Positions 1 through 9,570 of a stretch of DNA of 29,099 nucleotides are shown in pieces. A program made the translations under genes and the position numbers. The notes beneath the pieces are model-generated. The model worked only from the letters and a program-made list of their open reading frames with translations, was not told the origin of the DNA and searched no databases. This DNA is from a virus. Lineage: Duplodnaviria > Caudoviricetes. Each line of letters opens with the position of its first letter. Positions within the stretch are counted from its first letter, which is position 1. The DNA is taken from the IMG/VR virus record IMGVR_UViG_3300020044_002160, positions 1 through 29,099 of that record; one strand, 5' to 3'.

Positions 1-150
1 TGGTGAGCGTGAGTTATTGTGATAAGGGCAAAATATAATGTAGTCAGAATCTACTTCTGATTCTACATCTATGCCTGATCCTGCAAGGATTCTTTTGATT
101 TGCTCTTGTGTGTAGGAACTACTTGTGTTCCGTCTATTCCTGTTGTCCAT
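1..150 (-). CDS. DNA primase, N-terminal part (CHC2-type zinc finger), runs off the left window edge; absent from ORF track
   Basis: ATG at 150 reads MDNRNRRNTSSSYTQEQIKRILAGSGIDVESEVDSDYIIFCPYHNNSRSP with no stop. FCPYH..SP matches the start of the DnaG zinc-binding motif (CPFHxxxxPS). Lies two genes downstream of the DnaB helicase and overlaps 69..395 by 82 nt. Confidence 0.8.
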   Translation of the reverse strand, partial: MDNRNRRNTSSSYTQEQIKRILAGSGIDVESEVDSDYIIFCPYHNNSRSP

Positions 151-395
151 TGTGATTTGTTTTTCCCTATATATGTGCCGTACATTGTGATTTCAAACTC
201 GTAATACTTCTTCTTATGATTATAGCTTATTGTGAAGTCTGGGTCAATGTCTAATCTTGGTGTATACCCTGACAATTTCATCTCAAGTTTTATCAACCTG
301 ATGTATTCTTTTTTTAATCTACCAATAGCCGAATCGTCTTGAATTATTCCATCCAGATAAAAATTTTTAATTGGCTTATGGTGTAGGTTTTCCAT
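69..395 (-). CDS. hypothetical protein (108 aa) between helicase and primase
   Basis: ORF fills the gap after the helicase. TATAAT lies 5 nt upstream of the ATG. No recognisable motif. Confidence 0.7.
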   Translation of the reverse strand: MENLHHKPIKNFYLDGIIQDDSAIGRLKKEYIRLIKLEMKLSGYTPRLDIDPDFTISYNHKKKYYEFEITMYGTYIGKNKSQWTTGIDGTQVVPTHKSKSKESLQDQA

Positions 396-400
396 ACCCC

Positions 401-406
401 ATTATA
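401..406 (-). promoter_or_regulatory. -10 element, probable leaderless promoter
   Basis: Minus strand TATAAT-GGGGT-ATG(395). Confidence 0.45.
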
Positions 407-407
407 A

Positions 408-1628
408 CTAGTTATCTTCAAAATCCTTATACTTGTATCTACCCTTGTCAAAATCAGTTTCTACAAGGAATTCACCCATAAATCCATTACGATTCTTACG
501 AAATACACACTCAATAATATCTGAGTTTGTACCACGACCAAGAGCAAGAACCCAGTCAGCATCGTAGGCAATCTGACGTGACCACGCTGTTTGACCAAGT
601 GTAGGAACTGTATCTAGTTTATTAACATCGTCAGGTGTTGCAGACGAGATAGCAATAATAGGTACTTCTTCAGAGATAGCCATAAGCTTAAGCTCACGTG
701 ACAGGTTCTTCATACGAACAGTTTCGTTGTCGGACTTCTGGTTAGGAGACATAAGTTGTAGATAGTCAACAATAACAAAGTCTGGCTTATACTGATCGAT
801 CTTCCCTCGCATAACTGATGGTGTTACTTCTCCACCAGAATCATTAGAGATAATATGAAACTCAGGCTTACCTTGTAGATTCTTTTCGTGCCAAGACTTA
901 AGCATATCTAGCTCTACCTCGCCAGAAGATAGCTTACGGTGAGACCAAAGACCATCACCCATAATTGTATAGACACGGTTACGAACCTCTGTCTCGCTCA
1001 TTTCAAGGCTTACAACCATAGGTGACTTGCCCTGCTTCCACGCCTGTACCGCAAAGTACAACGAAAGCCAAGACTTGCCAATACCTGGATAGGCAAGGAA
1101 TACTCCTAGCTGACCTGGAGTAATGCCAGCAGGAAGGTAGTTGTCAAAGCCTGGTAGACCTGTCTTAATGCCTGTAATGCCTAATGCTGATTGTTCCTGT
1201 ACCTGCTGGTAGTACGCAATTGCATTATCAATGTCTGTTACATCAATGTCACGAATAGCGGAGGTGTTCTTTTTAAGTTCTGATGTTTTTGTAATTAGGT
1301 GCTCCAATGCTTCTATACCAGACCCACCCTGTACGTCTGCAGCAGCATTACGAAGGATATCTTTAAGGCTATCGTTAAGATAGTCTGCCTGTAATTCTTC
1401 TAAGTGGTGCTTAGTAGCCCCTACCCCCTGAACTGGGGTAAAGTCACGAAACTTATCAACTACTAAACTAGTAGGTGGGACAGTACCATTACGCTCAAAG
1501 TAAGTCCTAATAAAAGTCCATACGTCATTGTGAGTACGAAGAATTGTATCGACATTGGCTTGCAACAGGACGTGTGCTTGCTTGTCTTCCAGTACTGCTG
1601 AAATAAGCTTTGCTTCTGAATCATTCAC
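408..1628 (-). CDS. dnaB: DnaB-like (SF4) replicative helicase
   Basis: Walker A AYPGIGKS, SLEMS motif, Walker B VIVDYLQLM, SRELKLMA, YDADWVL and FRKNRNG (arginine-finger region) are all typical of DnaB. Confidence 0.95.
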   Translation of the reverse strand: MNDSEAKLISAVLEDKQAHVLLQANVDTILRTHNDVWTFIRTYFERNGTVPPTSLVVDKFRDFTPVQGVGATKHHLEELQADYLNDSLKDILRNAAADVQGGSGIEALEHLITKTSELKKNTSAIRDIDVTDIDNAIAYYQQVQEQSALGITGIKTGLPGFDNYLPAGITPGQLGVFLAYPGIGKSWLSLYFAVQAWKQGKSPMVVSLEMSETEVRNRVYTIMGDGLWSHRKLSSGEVELDMLKSWHEKNLQGKPEFHIISNDSGGEVTPSVMRGKIDQYKPDFVIVDYLQLMSPNQKSDNETVRMKNLSRELKLMAISEEVPIIAISSATPDDVNKLDTVPTLGQTAWSRQIAYDADWVLALGRGTNSDIIECVFRKNRNGFMGEFLVETDFDKGRYKYKDFEDN

Positions 1629-1929
1629 TTAACCACTCCCTTGCCTTTTCACGGCGTTGTTTTCTCTCAATTAAATCTCGTTTGTATTGTTCTCTAGCAT
1701 CAATAATTTTATCTGCATAGTTTGCAAAATATTTCCAGCTAGGACTGGGGCTTACATCAAAATAGTATTCTAGTAAGTCGTAGCAGTCGTGAATTCCATA
1801 AGACTCAATAAGTGCATCGGAAGCCCACTGCTCTACGTTTAAGTTTAAGTTTGGCTTTTGCTCATACTTAATAGTATGAAACTTGCTGTATCTACTGAGC
1901 AAAGCCATACGGTCTTTGCGTTCAGCCAT
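1621..1929 (-). CDS. hypothetical protein (102 aa), coupled to helicase
   Basis: Overlaps the helicase start by 8 nt and the upstream gene by 1 nt (TAATG). Confidence 0.75.
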   Translation of the reverse strand: MAERKDRMALLSRYSKFHTIKYEQKPNLNLNVEQWASDALIESYGIHDCYDLLEYYFDVSPSPSWKYFANYADKIIDAREQYKRDLIERKQRREKAREWLSE

Positions 1930-2138
1930 TACTTGTTCTCAAGCTCCGCTGAAGCTTCTGCAACCTTTTCGGCAAGCTTGGCTTCTACGAATTCGTATAC
2001 ACGCTCAAATGCTTCGCCTACTGTTTCTCCCTCACGGCGTTGATCTTCAATACCAAGATCTACACGCAATGACTGGAAGTTGCCAAGATTGAGGGTATAC
2101 CCCAAAGCAACTGTGATTTTTGTGTTGTCGTTTTCCAT
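1929..2138 (-). CDS. hypothetical protein (69 aa)
   Basis: GGGAG Shine-Dalgarno (SD) before the ATG and TAATG coupling to the next gene. Beta-hairpin plus helix pattern (YTLNLGNFQSLRVDLG). Confidence 0.8.
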   Translation of the reverse strand: MENDNTKITVALGYTLNLGNFQSLRVDLGIEDQRREGETVGEAFERVYEFVEAKLAEKVAEASAELENK

Positions 2139-2153
2139 TTGTCTCCCTATGGA

Positions 2154-2690
2154 TTATATTGATTCTGACCAGATTGGCACGAAACGCCCATCCTCAGTCA
2201 TTGTATATGTCAGTATACCATCTCCCATACGTCTTGTCAACTCTTGTTTGGAAGGTGTTACATCATTTGTTATGAGTCCATCTTTACGAGGACGACCCAT
2301 ATGGTAAGAAGCCAGTATATCACGAATCTCACGGACCTGCGACTCAGAGTAATAACTTCTAATCTGGAAGCCTGTCACTCCATCCTTAGAGCTTCCTGTG
2401 GGGTGTGGTATTGCTCCACGCTTCATAAGGTCAGGCATATATTTCTTGTTCCTATTAACTAGCTTTGCTGTTTCTCCAACAGTATATGCTCGTTCACGAT
2501 TGCGTTTAAAGTCTGAAATAAGACAGCTTTCAATTTGATCTTTAATGATATTGTATACAGACATAATGCCATTAGATTTGTTTAGATGATGTACCCTGAC
2601 CAAATCACCATTAAGAAACCATACCTTTTTATTACCTGGAATAATTGGGGCTGAGTTGTAGGCTTCCCTGTCAAACTCAAGGGACGGCAT
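2154..2690 (-). CDS. HTH DNA-binding protein (MerR/excisionase-like winged HTH)
   Basis: YTVGETAKLVNRNKKYMPDLMKRGAIPHP...RSYYSESQVREIR resembles the MerR HTH pattern. TAATG-coupled to the upstream gene. Confidence 0.7.
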   Translation of the reverse strand: MPSLEFDREAYNSAPIIPGNKKVWFLNGDLVRVHHLNKSNGIMSVYNIIKDQIESCLISDFKRNRERAYTVGETAKLVNRNKKYMPDLMKRGAIPHPTGSSKDGVTGFQIRSYYSESQVREIRDILASYHMGRPRKDGLITNDVTPSKQELTRRMGDGILTYTMTEDGRFVPIWSESI

Positions 2691-3124
2691 TATACAGATA
2701 CACCAACAGCAATAATGTTTACTGCAATACTAGATTCACCTTTTGTTTCAAATCTGACAACACCATCAACTCTTGAAACACTAATAGATGTGATAATAGC
2801 ATAGGCACTCTTTGATGGTGATGAATCATCTATTGCTTGAGTTGTTGCAGTCACAACTGGTGGAAGTAAGAATGGTGAGTCAAATGTGTAAGAGAATGTC
2901 TTAATAGTGCCATCTACAACTTTACCATTAATGTTTTCTGTTCTACCAGTTACAATTTTTATTTCACTTGATCGAACACTTTTCTTTCCTTCAATTGTCC
3001 AAAGAGATGCATAGTTTGATGCATTAACAACTAAGCTATCCCATAAATCATTAATAGATGTAATGATGTTTGAAATAAGCGAAACATCGAACGGTTGCCC
3101 TCGTTGTGGAAGTGGTAGTTTCAT
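2690..3124 (-). CDS. putative minor tail/structural protein (144 aa)
   Basis: Last gene of the tail block, AAGGAG SD. C-terminal beta domain FSYTFDSPFLLPPVVTAT...VNIIAVG is typical of tail-fibre / H-type-lectin-like domains. Confidence 0.6.
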   Translation of the reverse strand: MKLPLPQRGQPFDVSLISNIITSINDLWDSLVVNASNYASLWTIEGKKSVRSSEIKIVTGRTENINGKVVDGTIKTFSYTFDSPFLLPPVVTATTQAIDDSSPSKSAYAIITSISVSRVDGVVRFETKGESSIAVNIIAVGVSV

Positions 3125-3140
3125 TTTTTCTCCTTTTAAT

Positions 3141-3149
3141 AGTATACCA
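3141..3149 (-). promoter_or_regulatory. extended -10 promoter
   Basis: TGG-TATACT followed by ATTAAAAGGAGAAAAAATG. Confidence 0.6.
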
Positions 3150-3158
3150 GATACTTGT

Positions 3159-3311
3159 TTATGGGGTGGTATCTACAACATATACTGGTGACCACTGAGA
3201 AGTTTTTGAACCATCTTCTGATAGAATACGAAAACGAATATAGTTTATGTCTGGATCATTAAACTGGTCTGAATAAATAATGCTTTTCTTTATGTTTTCT
3301 GGTTCAGCCAT
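3159..3311 (-). CDS. small protein (50 aa), absent from ORF track
   Basis: ATG overlaps the TAA of 3311..4486 (TAATG). Reads MAEPENIKKSIIYSDQFNDPDINYIRFRILSEDGSKTSQWSPVYVVDTTP* and fills most of an otherwise empty 186-nt gap. Confidence 0.75.
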   Translation of the reverse strand: MAEPENIKKSIIYSDQFNDPDINYIRFRILSEDGSKTSQWSPVYVVDTTP

Positions 3312-4486
3312 TACGAAGTCACCGATCCCAACTCAATGTCAAATTCAATTTCAATAATATTATTTGTATTGGAATCTTTTAATACTGGCTTAATGTTTTC
3401 ACCAGACCCCTGATAAAATGGTGAATAAGATGTCATTCCATAGAGAGGGTTTGCATTCATATCGGATAAATTATTAAAACGAAGTCCGTCAAGTATTACA
3501 AAATAGTCCCTATCCCCAGCAATATCTACATAAACTTTTACTACTTTTACAGCATTCCAAACAAATGATGCACTTCTTTTTAATTCGGAAAAAGGTATTT
3601 GTTTTGTAAAATAAAAATATCCATTATTTGTTCCAAAATCACCTGATGTAACCTCTGCTTGTAATCTTGCATATTCTCCAACTCCATTTTCTTCTGTTTC
3701 TGAAGTTGAAAACTCTATCATAATTTTTGTAGATGATGGAGCAGAAGCCTCTGGATTTGTTTTAATAACTGAAAAAGCTATTACAAATTCATCTGAAGAT
3801 GAGTTAACATCAAAGGATAATGATTGATTTGTTAAATGTATATGCGGCTGAGTATTTGCAGTCCATACACCTGCAGTATTTGTAATTGTAGATAGTCCAC
3901 CACTAATCATAATTGAATTATCCAGTAGTCTTGGCTGTTCTTTAAATTGATTTCTGTTAGAATTTGTAAAAAGTGGATCTGTTGTATCTATATGAAAAGG
4001 AATGTTTAGTCTTGGTGCGGCAGCAGTGTTGGCAATAACTCCATCTGCAATGTTTGCAAGTGTTGTTACTGCAGGGTTAGCTTCATTATATGCTACGGTA
4101 TAGGATGTAATTGCATTTGCTGTAGTGCTGTGATACTCCCAATTTTCAGCAGATGAAAATGTATAAAGCATTCTACTATCTGAGACTGTTGCTATTGGGT
4201 TTGTTCCAGATGAAAAAATTCCAGCTTCGGAAATGTAGTAAACTTCTTGCGATGGCAACTCTGCACTAAAGATAATTTTAGATATTCCGTTTTCTGTTGT
4301 ATAGCCTCTAGAAGTAATGGGTACTCTAAACATTTCAAACTTTGGTGTTTTTTCATTTGTAAAGTCTTCTATGTCAGTGTTTTCATCTGGGTTTAAACCA
4401 CAACCAACAGCAATGTGGGATGCATAAGATGGTGCTTGCTCAATTAGATATTTGGCAAGAATTTGTTTTCCGCTATTTGTAATCAT
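3311..4486 (-). CDS. putative minor tail protein (391 aa)
   Basis: AGGAG SD. N-terminus MITNSGKQILAKYL..HIAVGCG..EMFRVPIT..FSAEL..ISEAGIF resembles tail-fibre/baseplate attachment domains. Located in the tail block. Confidence 0.7.
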   Translation of the reverse strand: MITNSGKQILAKYLIEQAPSYASHIAVGCGLNPDENTDIEDFTNEKTPKFEMFRVPITSRGYTTENGISKIIFSAELPSQEVYYISEAGIFSSGTNPIATVSDSRMLYTFSSAENWEYHSTTANAITSYTVAYNEANPAVTTLANIADGVIANTAAAPRLNIPFHIDTTDPLFTNSNRNQFKEQPRLLDNSIMISGGLSTITNTAGVWTANTQPHIHLTNQSLSFDVNSSSDEFVIAFSVIKTNPEASAPSSTKIMIEFSTSETEENGVGEYARLQAEVTSGDFGTNNGYFYFTKQIPFSELKRSASFVWNAVKVVKVYVDIAGDRDYFVILDGLRFNNLSDMNANPLYGMTSYSPFYQGSGENIKPVLKDSNTNNIIEIEFDIELGSVTS

Positions 4487-4497
4487 AAAATCTCCTA

Positions 4498-4950
4498 CTA
4501 TATTATAACATTGATTGGACTGACATCTGAAAAAACTTCTACCTCAACATAGTAGTTTGGTTTAAGATCTTTTAATTGAATAACAATGTTTCCGTCAATT
4601 ACGCTAACTGTATTTGCTGAGTCATATACTATGTGCTTGCTAATATCAATTTCAAAAGATCCAAAAATGTTATTGCTGCCATCGGTAACTGGTATTTCTG
4701 GAGTAGATGAAAATCTTGTTCCAGCGTCTACTACTGGAGTATATTCGTTATTTAATGGACTGTCAATTAGGTCGTGTCTTGATGCGGATAGTAATTCAAT
4801 ACCGCTAATACTAGCAAAGGTATACTCTTCCATTGTATTAATAGACAGGCGATCAGTGTCTAATAAAATATCTGGGGTAGCAATTTTTATACCAGCATTT
4901 CTTTGTTTATAAATTGGTTCTGCCAAAAAATCATTTGTTGAATTTAACAT
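4498..4950 (-). CDS. putative minor tail protein (150 aa)
   Basis: GGAGGAG SD and TAATG coupling to the large tail gene. Function inferred from position only. Confidence 0.65.
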   Translation of the reverse strand: MLNSTNDFLAEPIYKQRNAGIKIATPDILLDTDRLSINTMEEYTFASISGIELLSASRHDLIDSPLNNEYTPVVDAGTRFSSTPEIPVTDGSNNIFGSFEIDISKHIVYDSANTVSVIDGNIVIQLKDLKPNYYVEVEVFSDVSPINVII

Positions 4951-7900
4951 TAATCTCCTCCACTAATATTTGGAATTTCACTTACGTATACTGTCATAGA
5001 TGGACCAGAACCGTTTCTCTTATACTGTATATTATATACAACAAATCTTGTATCTGTATCTGCAATTGCATCGACACTGCTATTTCCAGATTTGTAATCT
5101 AAAGTAACAATATCTCCCAGCTGAATTGATGGATTAGCAAAAATATCAATACCCAAAGATTTTCTAGGATTGGTAATTTTTGTAGTAATCCAGCCCATTA
5201 ATGATTCGGCTGCACCTGAAGATTGAATATACTCTGCTGATATGTTAAACTGATTTTTTCCATAGTTTATTCTACTGTTTTTGATTAACTGATAACTTCT
5301 TTTATTTGATACTGGATTATTAGATATCACTCCGTTAAATGTGGATGGGTCAGATAAGTTTGTTTTTTCTTGAAAGTATTCGTCTACAGTGTATTCGTGC
5401 TGCGATTGTTGAGTAAATGTTACTCCAGCAATTCTTAATGCATTACCAGTTGTTTCGTCTAGAACTAAAACTGTATCGGTAGTATTAAATATTAAGAATT
5501 CTGCACCATATGCAGTTGAAACAAATCCTCCAATTGAATACCCTCCAAGGGTATTAAAGTTTGGTAATATTTTTGAAATAAAGGCTGGGTATGCTTTATC
5601 ATATTTAATATTAAAGTAAGCCATTTCACGCATAATTGTTCCAAACTCTTCAAAATATACGTCAGCAGACCTTGTTGAGATAGGACTTATTCCAGAAAGA
5701 TATGAATCTTGAATTGCATCTGGAAGTGTGTATCTATTTAATGCTGGATCAAAATTTTTCTCTCTTGTAAAATTTGTAAATGTTCTGTTTGGAACTTCAT
5801 ACGGATCAATATAGTTAGATGCTTCATTAGCAGCAACAGCAAATACATTTTCAAACATACACTTTGAAGTTCCACGAACAAATAATGAAACATATGGCTT
5901 TCTGTTTGTAATTGGTTCTGGATCTACAACAGATCCTACAAGCTTGTTATTAACATATAAATAAAATGTAAGATCTCCATCTGAAGACTCTTTGTATTCT
6001 ATTCCAAGGTCAAAAACAGTTGGGTGTGTTTCTGCTTTAATTCTATATTCCCCAGCAAATTTACCATCGTCAACATTAACGGATGTTCTTCCAGACCATA
6101 GAAGCAGCGGAATAGCTGGATCTATGGGTTCACTAGTATTTGACATTCTTACCGTTTTATAAAATAATATATTTGCAATATTGTCTGTATCAGTATATTG
6201 ATCTACGTTATTTACTGTTAGTGCTGCCAGCTCAAAGAAGTATCCATTATTAGTAGCAGGATCTGTAAATATTCCAATGCCACCAGATCCACCATTAATT
6301 ATTGTTGCTTTTGTTGGATCATTTGTAGATAATGAAAAATAACTCATTGCTCCTGAAGGTGATTGATAAACATCTTCATTGTTTTCATTTAAACCAATGA
6401 TTCTCATTCTTGTACCAAAATGACGATATTTAGCATCGAGTTCGTTGTAGGTATAAGAAATAAAATCTCTTGGGGTAACGTCTGGTGCAAATGTTGGACC
6501 AGTAAAACTTAATGCTGAAGATTTAATTCTTGATGCTTCATAAGGTGAAACTGTTTCTGGCTGTAACTCTGAAGAAAATGAATCGGGGGTTCCAATATAA
6601 TTTCTAATTACTTCACTTCTAGTAGACTGTTTTCCAAGTTCTGAAGCAACAGGTCCAGTTAGTGAATCACCATTTCCAAATCCTGCAGCTCCAGGCTCTG
6701 TTGTAGCAATTAAAGAACTGTCGTAAATTTTTATTCCACTAACTTTTACTTGTACTGGAAGATCTGCTACTGTATTATTTACTTTAAAACCATTTTTTAT
6801 TTTTTTAGTAATTTTTGTATTTTCTGGAATGCCAGTACCAGTAACTTTTTGTCCAACTCTAATATATTTTATATCATCTGTATGTATTTCAAATATTTTA
6901 GTAGTTGTTGCTGTATTATTTGTAACTCTAAGATTGAATTGTGAACTATAAGTTTTTTCAAAAAGATTTCCAGCTTCCATTTGTAGACCAGAAACATTTG
7001 TGTTTACCCAAGTAGGAAGTCCTACATTGTGATTAATAACAGGGGTATTGAATTGTCCCCTACCGTGCTTTGCTACAACACCTTCTTTAAGTGTTGTGTT
7101 GTTTACATAGTATGGTTCACTAAATATTCTTACACGACCAGTTGGGTACATTTTTCCATTGAAAGGAACTTGTGCAAAATACTTTTGATACTCTTCTACG
7201 TTATTAATCCATCTAGTTGACTCTCCTGTACCTGCGGCAAATTCAATTCCACCAGTTGATGCGTGATTAACAGATGTTATAAAAGAAGTAGGGTTTGTAA
7301 TTGACTGAACTGTTGCACCGTCTCCAAATCTTCCAGCTCCAGATATCTTAGTTAATTTTTGACCAACCCTTAAAGAAGATGTTGATGGCACAGTAACTGT
7401 ATTTTGACCACTAGTTATGCCTGATGCTGTAATAGACCCTGTTTCAAATGGTTGAGATACGCTATACTCTACCGCATCAAATCGAATGATTTCTCCATTA
7501 GAATAAAAGTATCCATTATAACGAGGCAGGAAGTAGATGGCTTCGCCAAGATCGATTACATTATCTACAACTTCTCCACTAACAACTGTTGGTAGTGCAT
7601 TAGACAGTGCAGCGTTTAGTGGTATAGCAGATAGAGAATAAGCACTTTGAGAGGCTGTTTCTTCATTTTGAGATTTTGTAGTGGGGTCTGCAGTGACCTC
7701 CCAAAGAAGTGCCTTTCTATAAACAAAAACTCTGTCTCTATCTGTAACATTTGCAAGCCTAATTTCTTTAATATCTTTTTGAATATATCTAGATGTATAA
7801 GTAATCTTTCCATCATTAAAAACATTATTTTCTTTGCTTGCAATTTGAATAATGTTTGATAGGTCTGAGCCTTGTGGGTTGCCACGCAAAACTGTGTCAA

Positions 7901-9569
7901 CTTCTGAAGATGGACTTGCTGGATTTCTTTCTCCAGGAGAAGCAAGCATATAGCTTCTACTCATTAAAACAAAGTTGTTGTCTTCATCAAAAAACATTGC
8001 TGTTTGTGTTGAAATTGCTAGTTGTTGTAAAACTTCTGCAACAGTTGAATTTGGAGCAACATAGAAATATGGAATAATTGGTTCTGGATCAACAGCTGAT
8101 TTAAGATAGATGTAATTAGTAAAACCAATTGAATCAAACAAAGCAGAAATTGAGTAACTAAAAGATGCATCTGTAATTAATAGTTCTGGTGCAGTAATAG
8201 ATTCAAAGTAAAAATATAGGTCTCTTAAGTTTATGGTTGCGGTTCTATCAGTATTTTTAATTTCTGGAAAAGATTCTGCATACATTGTTTTAATTGGAAC
8301 ATAGTATGATGATGATATTCCTTCTACATCTACTTCTTTAATTATTTCGTAAAACTTAATCTGTATGTTTCTTTTTACATAGTTTGCAATTACACTATTT
8401 GTATTATTTGTATTTAATACCTCGTCAAAATCTGCAATGGAAATTGAACCTGTTGAAACTAAAAGTTGTCCTACTGGCAAACCACTGCTCCCAAGATCTG
8501 AAGCAATTTTATTTACAGAATATTCTTGTGTTAAAGAACTTATGTCTAAGGCAAGACGAGGAGATAATTCAATAAGGTCAAACGTAACATCTTCTTTACT
8601 CATTGTATTTACTACAATTCTTAATCCTTGAATGTTTACAATTTGATCTGATTCTTCATTTAAAAAATCATTAAAAAGTGGAGAGGATGCGTTAAATGAT
8701 TCTGAAGCTACTGCCCATCCTTCGGAAGAATGTTGAAGCTCTAAGTATCCATCTCTATTAATCAGTGGTGTTGGAAAATTATTAGCATCATTAAAAGTTA
8801 TAATATCTTCCCAAATGCTAGATGTTGGGTCTAAGTATTGAATCTTCCAGTCAATTGGTACTGTTCTGTTTACAATGTCGTACTCATAATCGTATAACGG
8901 ATCTGGGATTCTAACAGTGCCATCAAATATACTTCCAAGATTTTCTGTGCCAACGTGCGTTTGCATCTTAATAACTATTCTGTTAATTGGAATTGGATTT
9001 ATGTAAGTAATAAATGGTGCAGTATCGTCAATGTAGTATCCACTTGAACCATTGTAGTTATTTGAAATACCTCGTTCTTTTGTAGATAGCCCATCAGCCT
9101 CTGTTCTAAACGAAGTCCAGTATTTAAAGTTATCATCTTTATCTGCAATGTAATATCTTGGGCGACTCATCATTTTAGAGTTAGTGTTATGAGTATATTT
9201 TGATGGGAAATAAACAGCTTTATTGATTCCAGATCGTGGTCTAAACTTTCCAAAACAATCTTCTAAAGAATAAAGAAGTTTTTGTTTTTGATTAATTGAT
9301 GTAAAGCTTGCAGGAAGATCTTCGTCGTCAAGGTATGAGCCGTCTACCACTATGTCTGCATCTGTATAGCCATTATAAGCAACTAAGTCTGCCCCATCTT
9401 TTCCGAATGTGTCGTAAATTGTTTCTGGTACAGCTGGACGATTTCTATAGTTACCAATAACATCGATGTTAGTAGCATCATTCATATTGATTTCTGCGTA
9501 TACTAATGACTCAACCTCTACCGTTGAAGATTGGTCAAGGTGAGTTTTAAGATAACTATCAGAGTACAC
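4950..9569 (-). CDS. large tail-tip / central tail (hub) protein (1539 aa)
   Basis: Second gene after the TMP. TVAEVLQQLAISTQTAMFFDEDNNFVL and C-terminal NPSIQLGDIVTL...FVVYNIQY are hub/Tal-like signatures. GTG start 1 nt after the upstream stop. Confidence 0.8.
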   Translation of the reverse strand: MYSDSYLKTHLDQSSTVEVESLVYAEINMNDATNIDVIGNYRNRPAVPETIYDTFGKDGADLVAYNGYTDADIVVDGSYLDDEDLPASFTSINQKQKLLYSLEDCFGKFRPRSGINKAVYFPSKYTHNTNSKMMSRPRYYIADKDDNFKYWTSFRTEADGLSTKERGISNNYNGSSGYYIDDTAPFITYINPIPINRIVIKMQTHVGTENLGSIFDGTVRIPDPLYDYEYDIVNRTVPIDWKIQYLDPTSSIWEDIITFNDANNFPTPLINRDGYLELQHSSEGWAVASESFNASSPLFNDFLNEESDQIVNIQGLRIVVNTMSKEDVTFDLIELSPRLALDISSLTQEYSVNKIASDLGSSGLPVGQLLVSTGSISIADFDEVLNTNNTNSVIANYVKRNIQIKFYEIIKEVDVEGISSSYYVPIKTMYAESFPEIKNTDRTATINLRDLYFYFESITAPELLITDASFSYSISALFDSIGFTNYIYLKSAVDPEPIIPYFYVAPNSTVAEVLQQLAISTQTAMFFDEDNNFVLMSRSYMLASPGERNPASPSSEVDTVLRGNPQGSDLSNIIQIASKENNVFNDGKITYTSRYIQKDIKEIRLANVTDRDRVFVYRKALLWEVTADPTTKSQNEETASQSAYSLSAIPLNAALSNALPTVVSGEVVDNVIDLGEAIYFLPRYNGYFYSNGEIIRFDAVEYSVSQPFETGSITASGITSGQNTVTVPSTSSLRVGQKLTKISGAGRFGDGATVQSITNPTSFITSVNHASTGGIEFAAGTGESTRWINNVEEYQKYFAQVPFNGKMYPTGRVRIFSEPYYVNNTTLKEGVVAKHGRGQFNTPVINHNVGLPTWVNTNVSGLQMEAGNLFEKTYSSQFNLRVTNNTATTTKIFEIHTDDIKYIRVGQKVTGTGIPENTKITKKIKNGFKVNNTVADLPVQVKVSGIKIYDSSLIATTEPGAAGFGNGDSLTGPVASELGKQSTRSEVIRNYIGTPDSFSSELQPETVSPYEASRIKSSALSFTGPTFAPDVTPRDFISYTYNELDAKYRHFGTRMRIIGLNENNEDVYQSPSGAMSYFSLSTNDPTKATIINGGSGGIGIFTDPATNNGYFFELAALTVNNVDQYTDTDNIANILFYKTVRMSNTSEPIDPAIPLLLWSGRTSVNVDDGKFAGEYRIKAETHPTVFDLGIEYKESSDGDLTFYLYVNNKLVGSVVDPEPITNRKPYVSLFVRGTSKCMFENVFAVAANEASNYIDPYEVPNRTFTNFTREKNFDPALNRYTLPDAIQDSYLSGISPISTRSADVYFEEFGTIMREMAYFNIKYDKAYPAFISKILPNFNTLGGYSIGGFVSTAYGAEFLIFNTTDTVLVLDETTGNALRIAGVTFTQQSQHEYTVDEYFQEKTNLSDPSTFNGVISNNPVSNKRSYQLIKNSRINYGKNQFNISAEYIQSSGAAESLMGWITTKITNPRKSLGIDIFANPSIQLGDIVTLDYKSGNSSVDAIADTDTRFVVYNIQYKRNGSGPSMTVYVSEIPNISGGD

Positions 9570-9570
9570 A

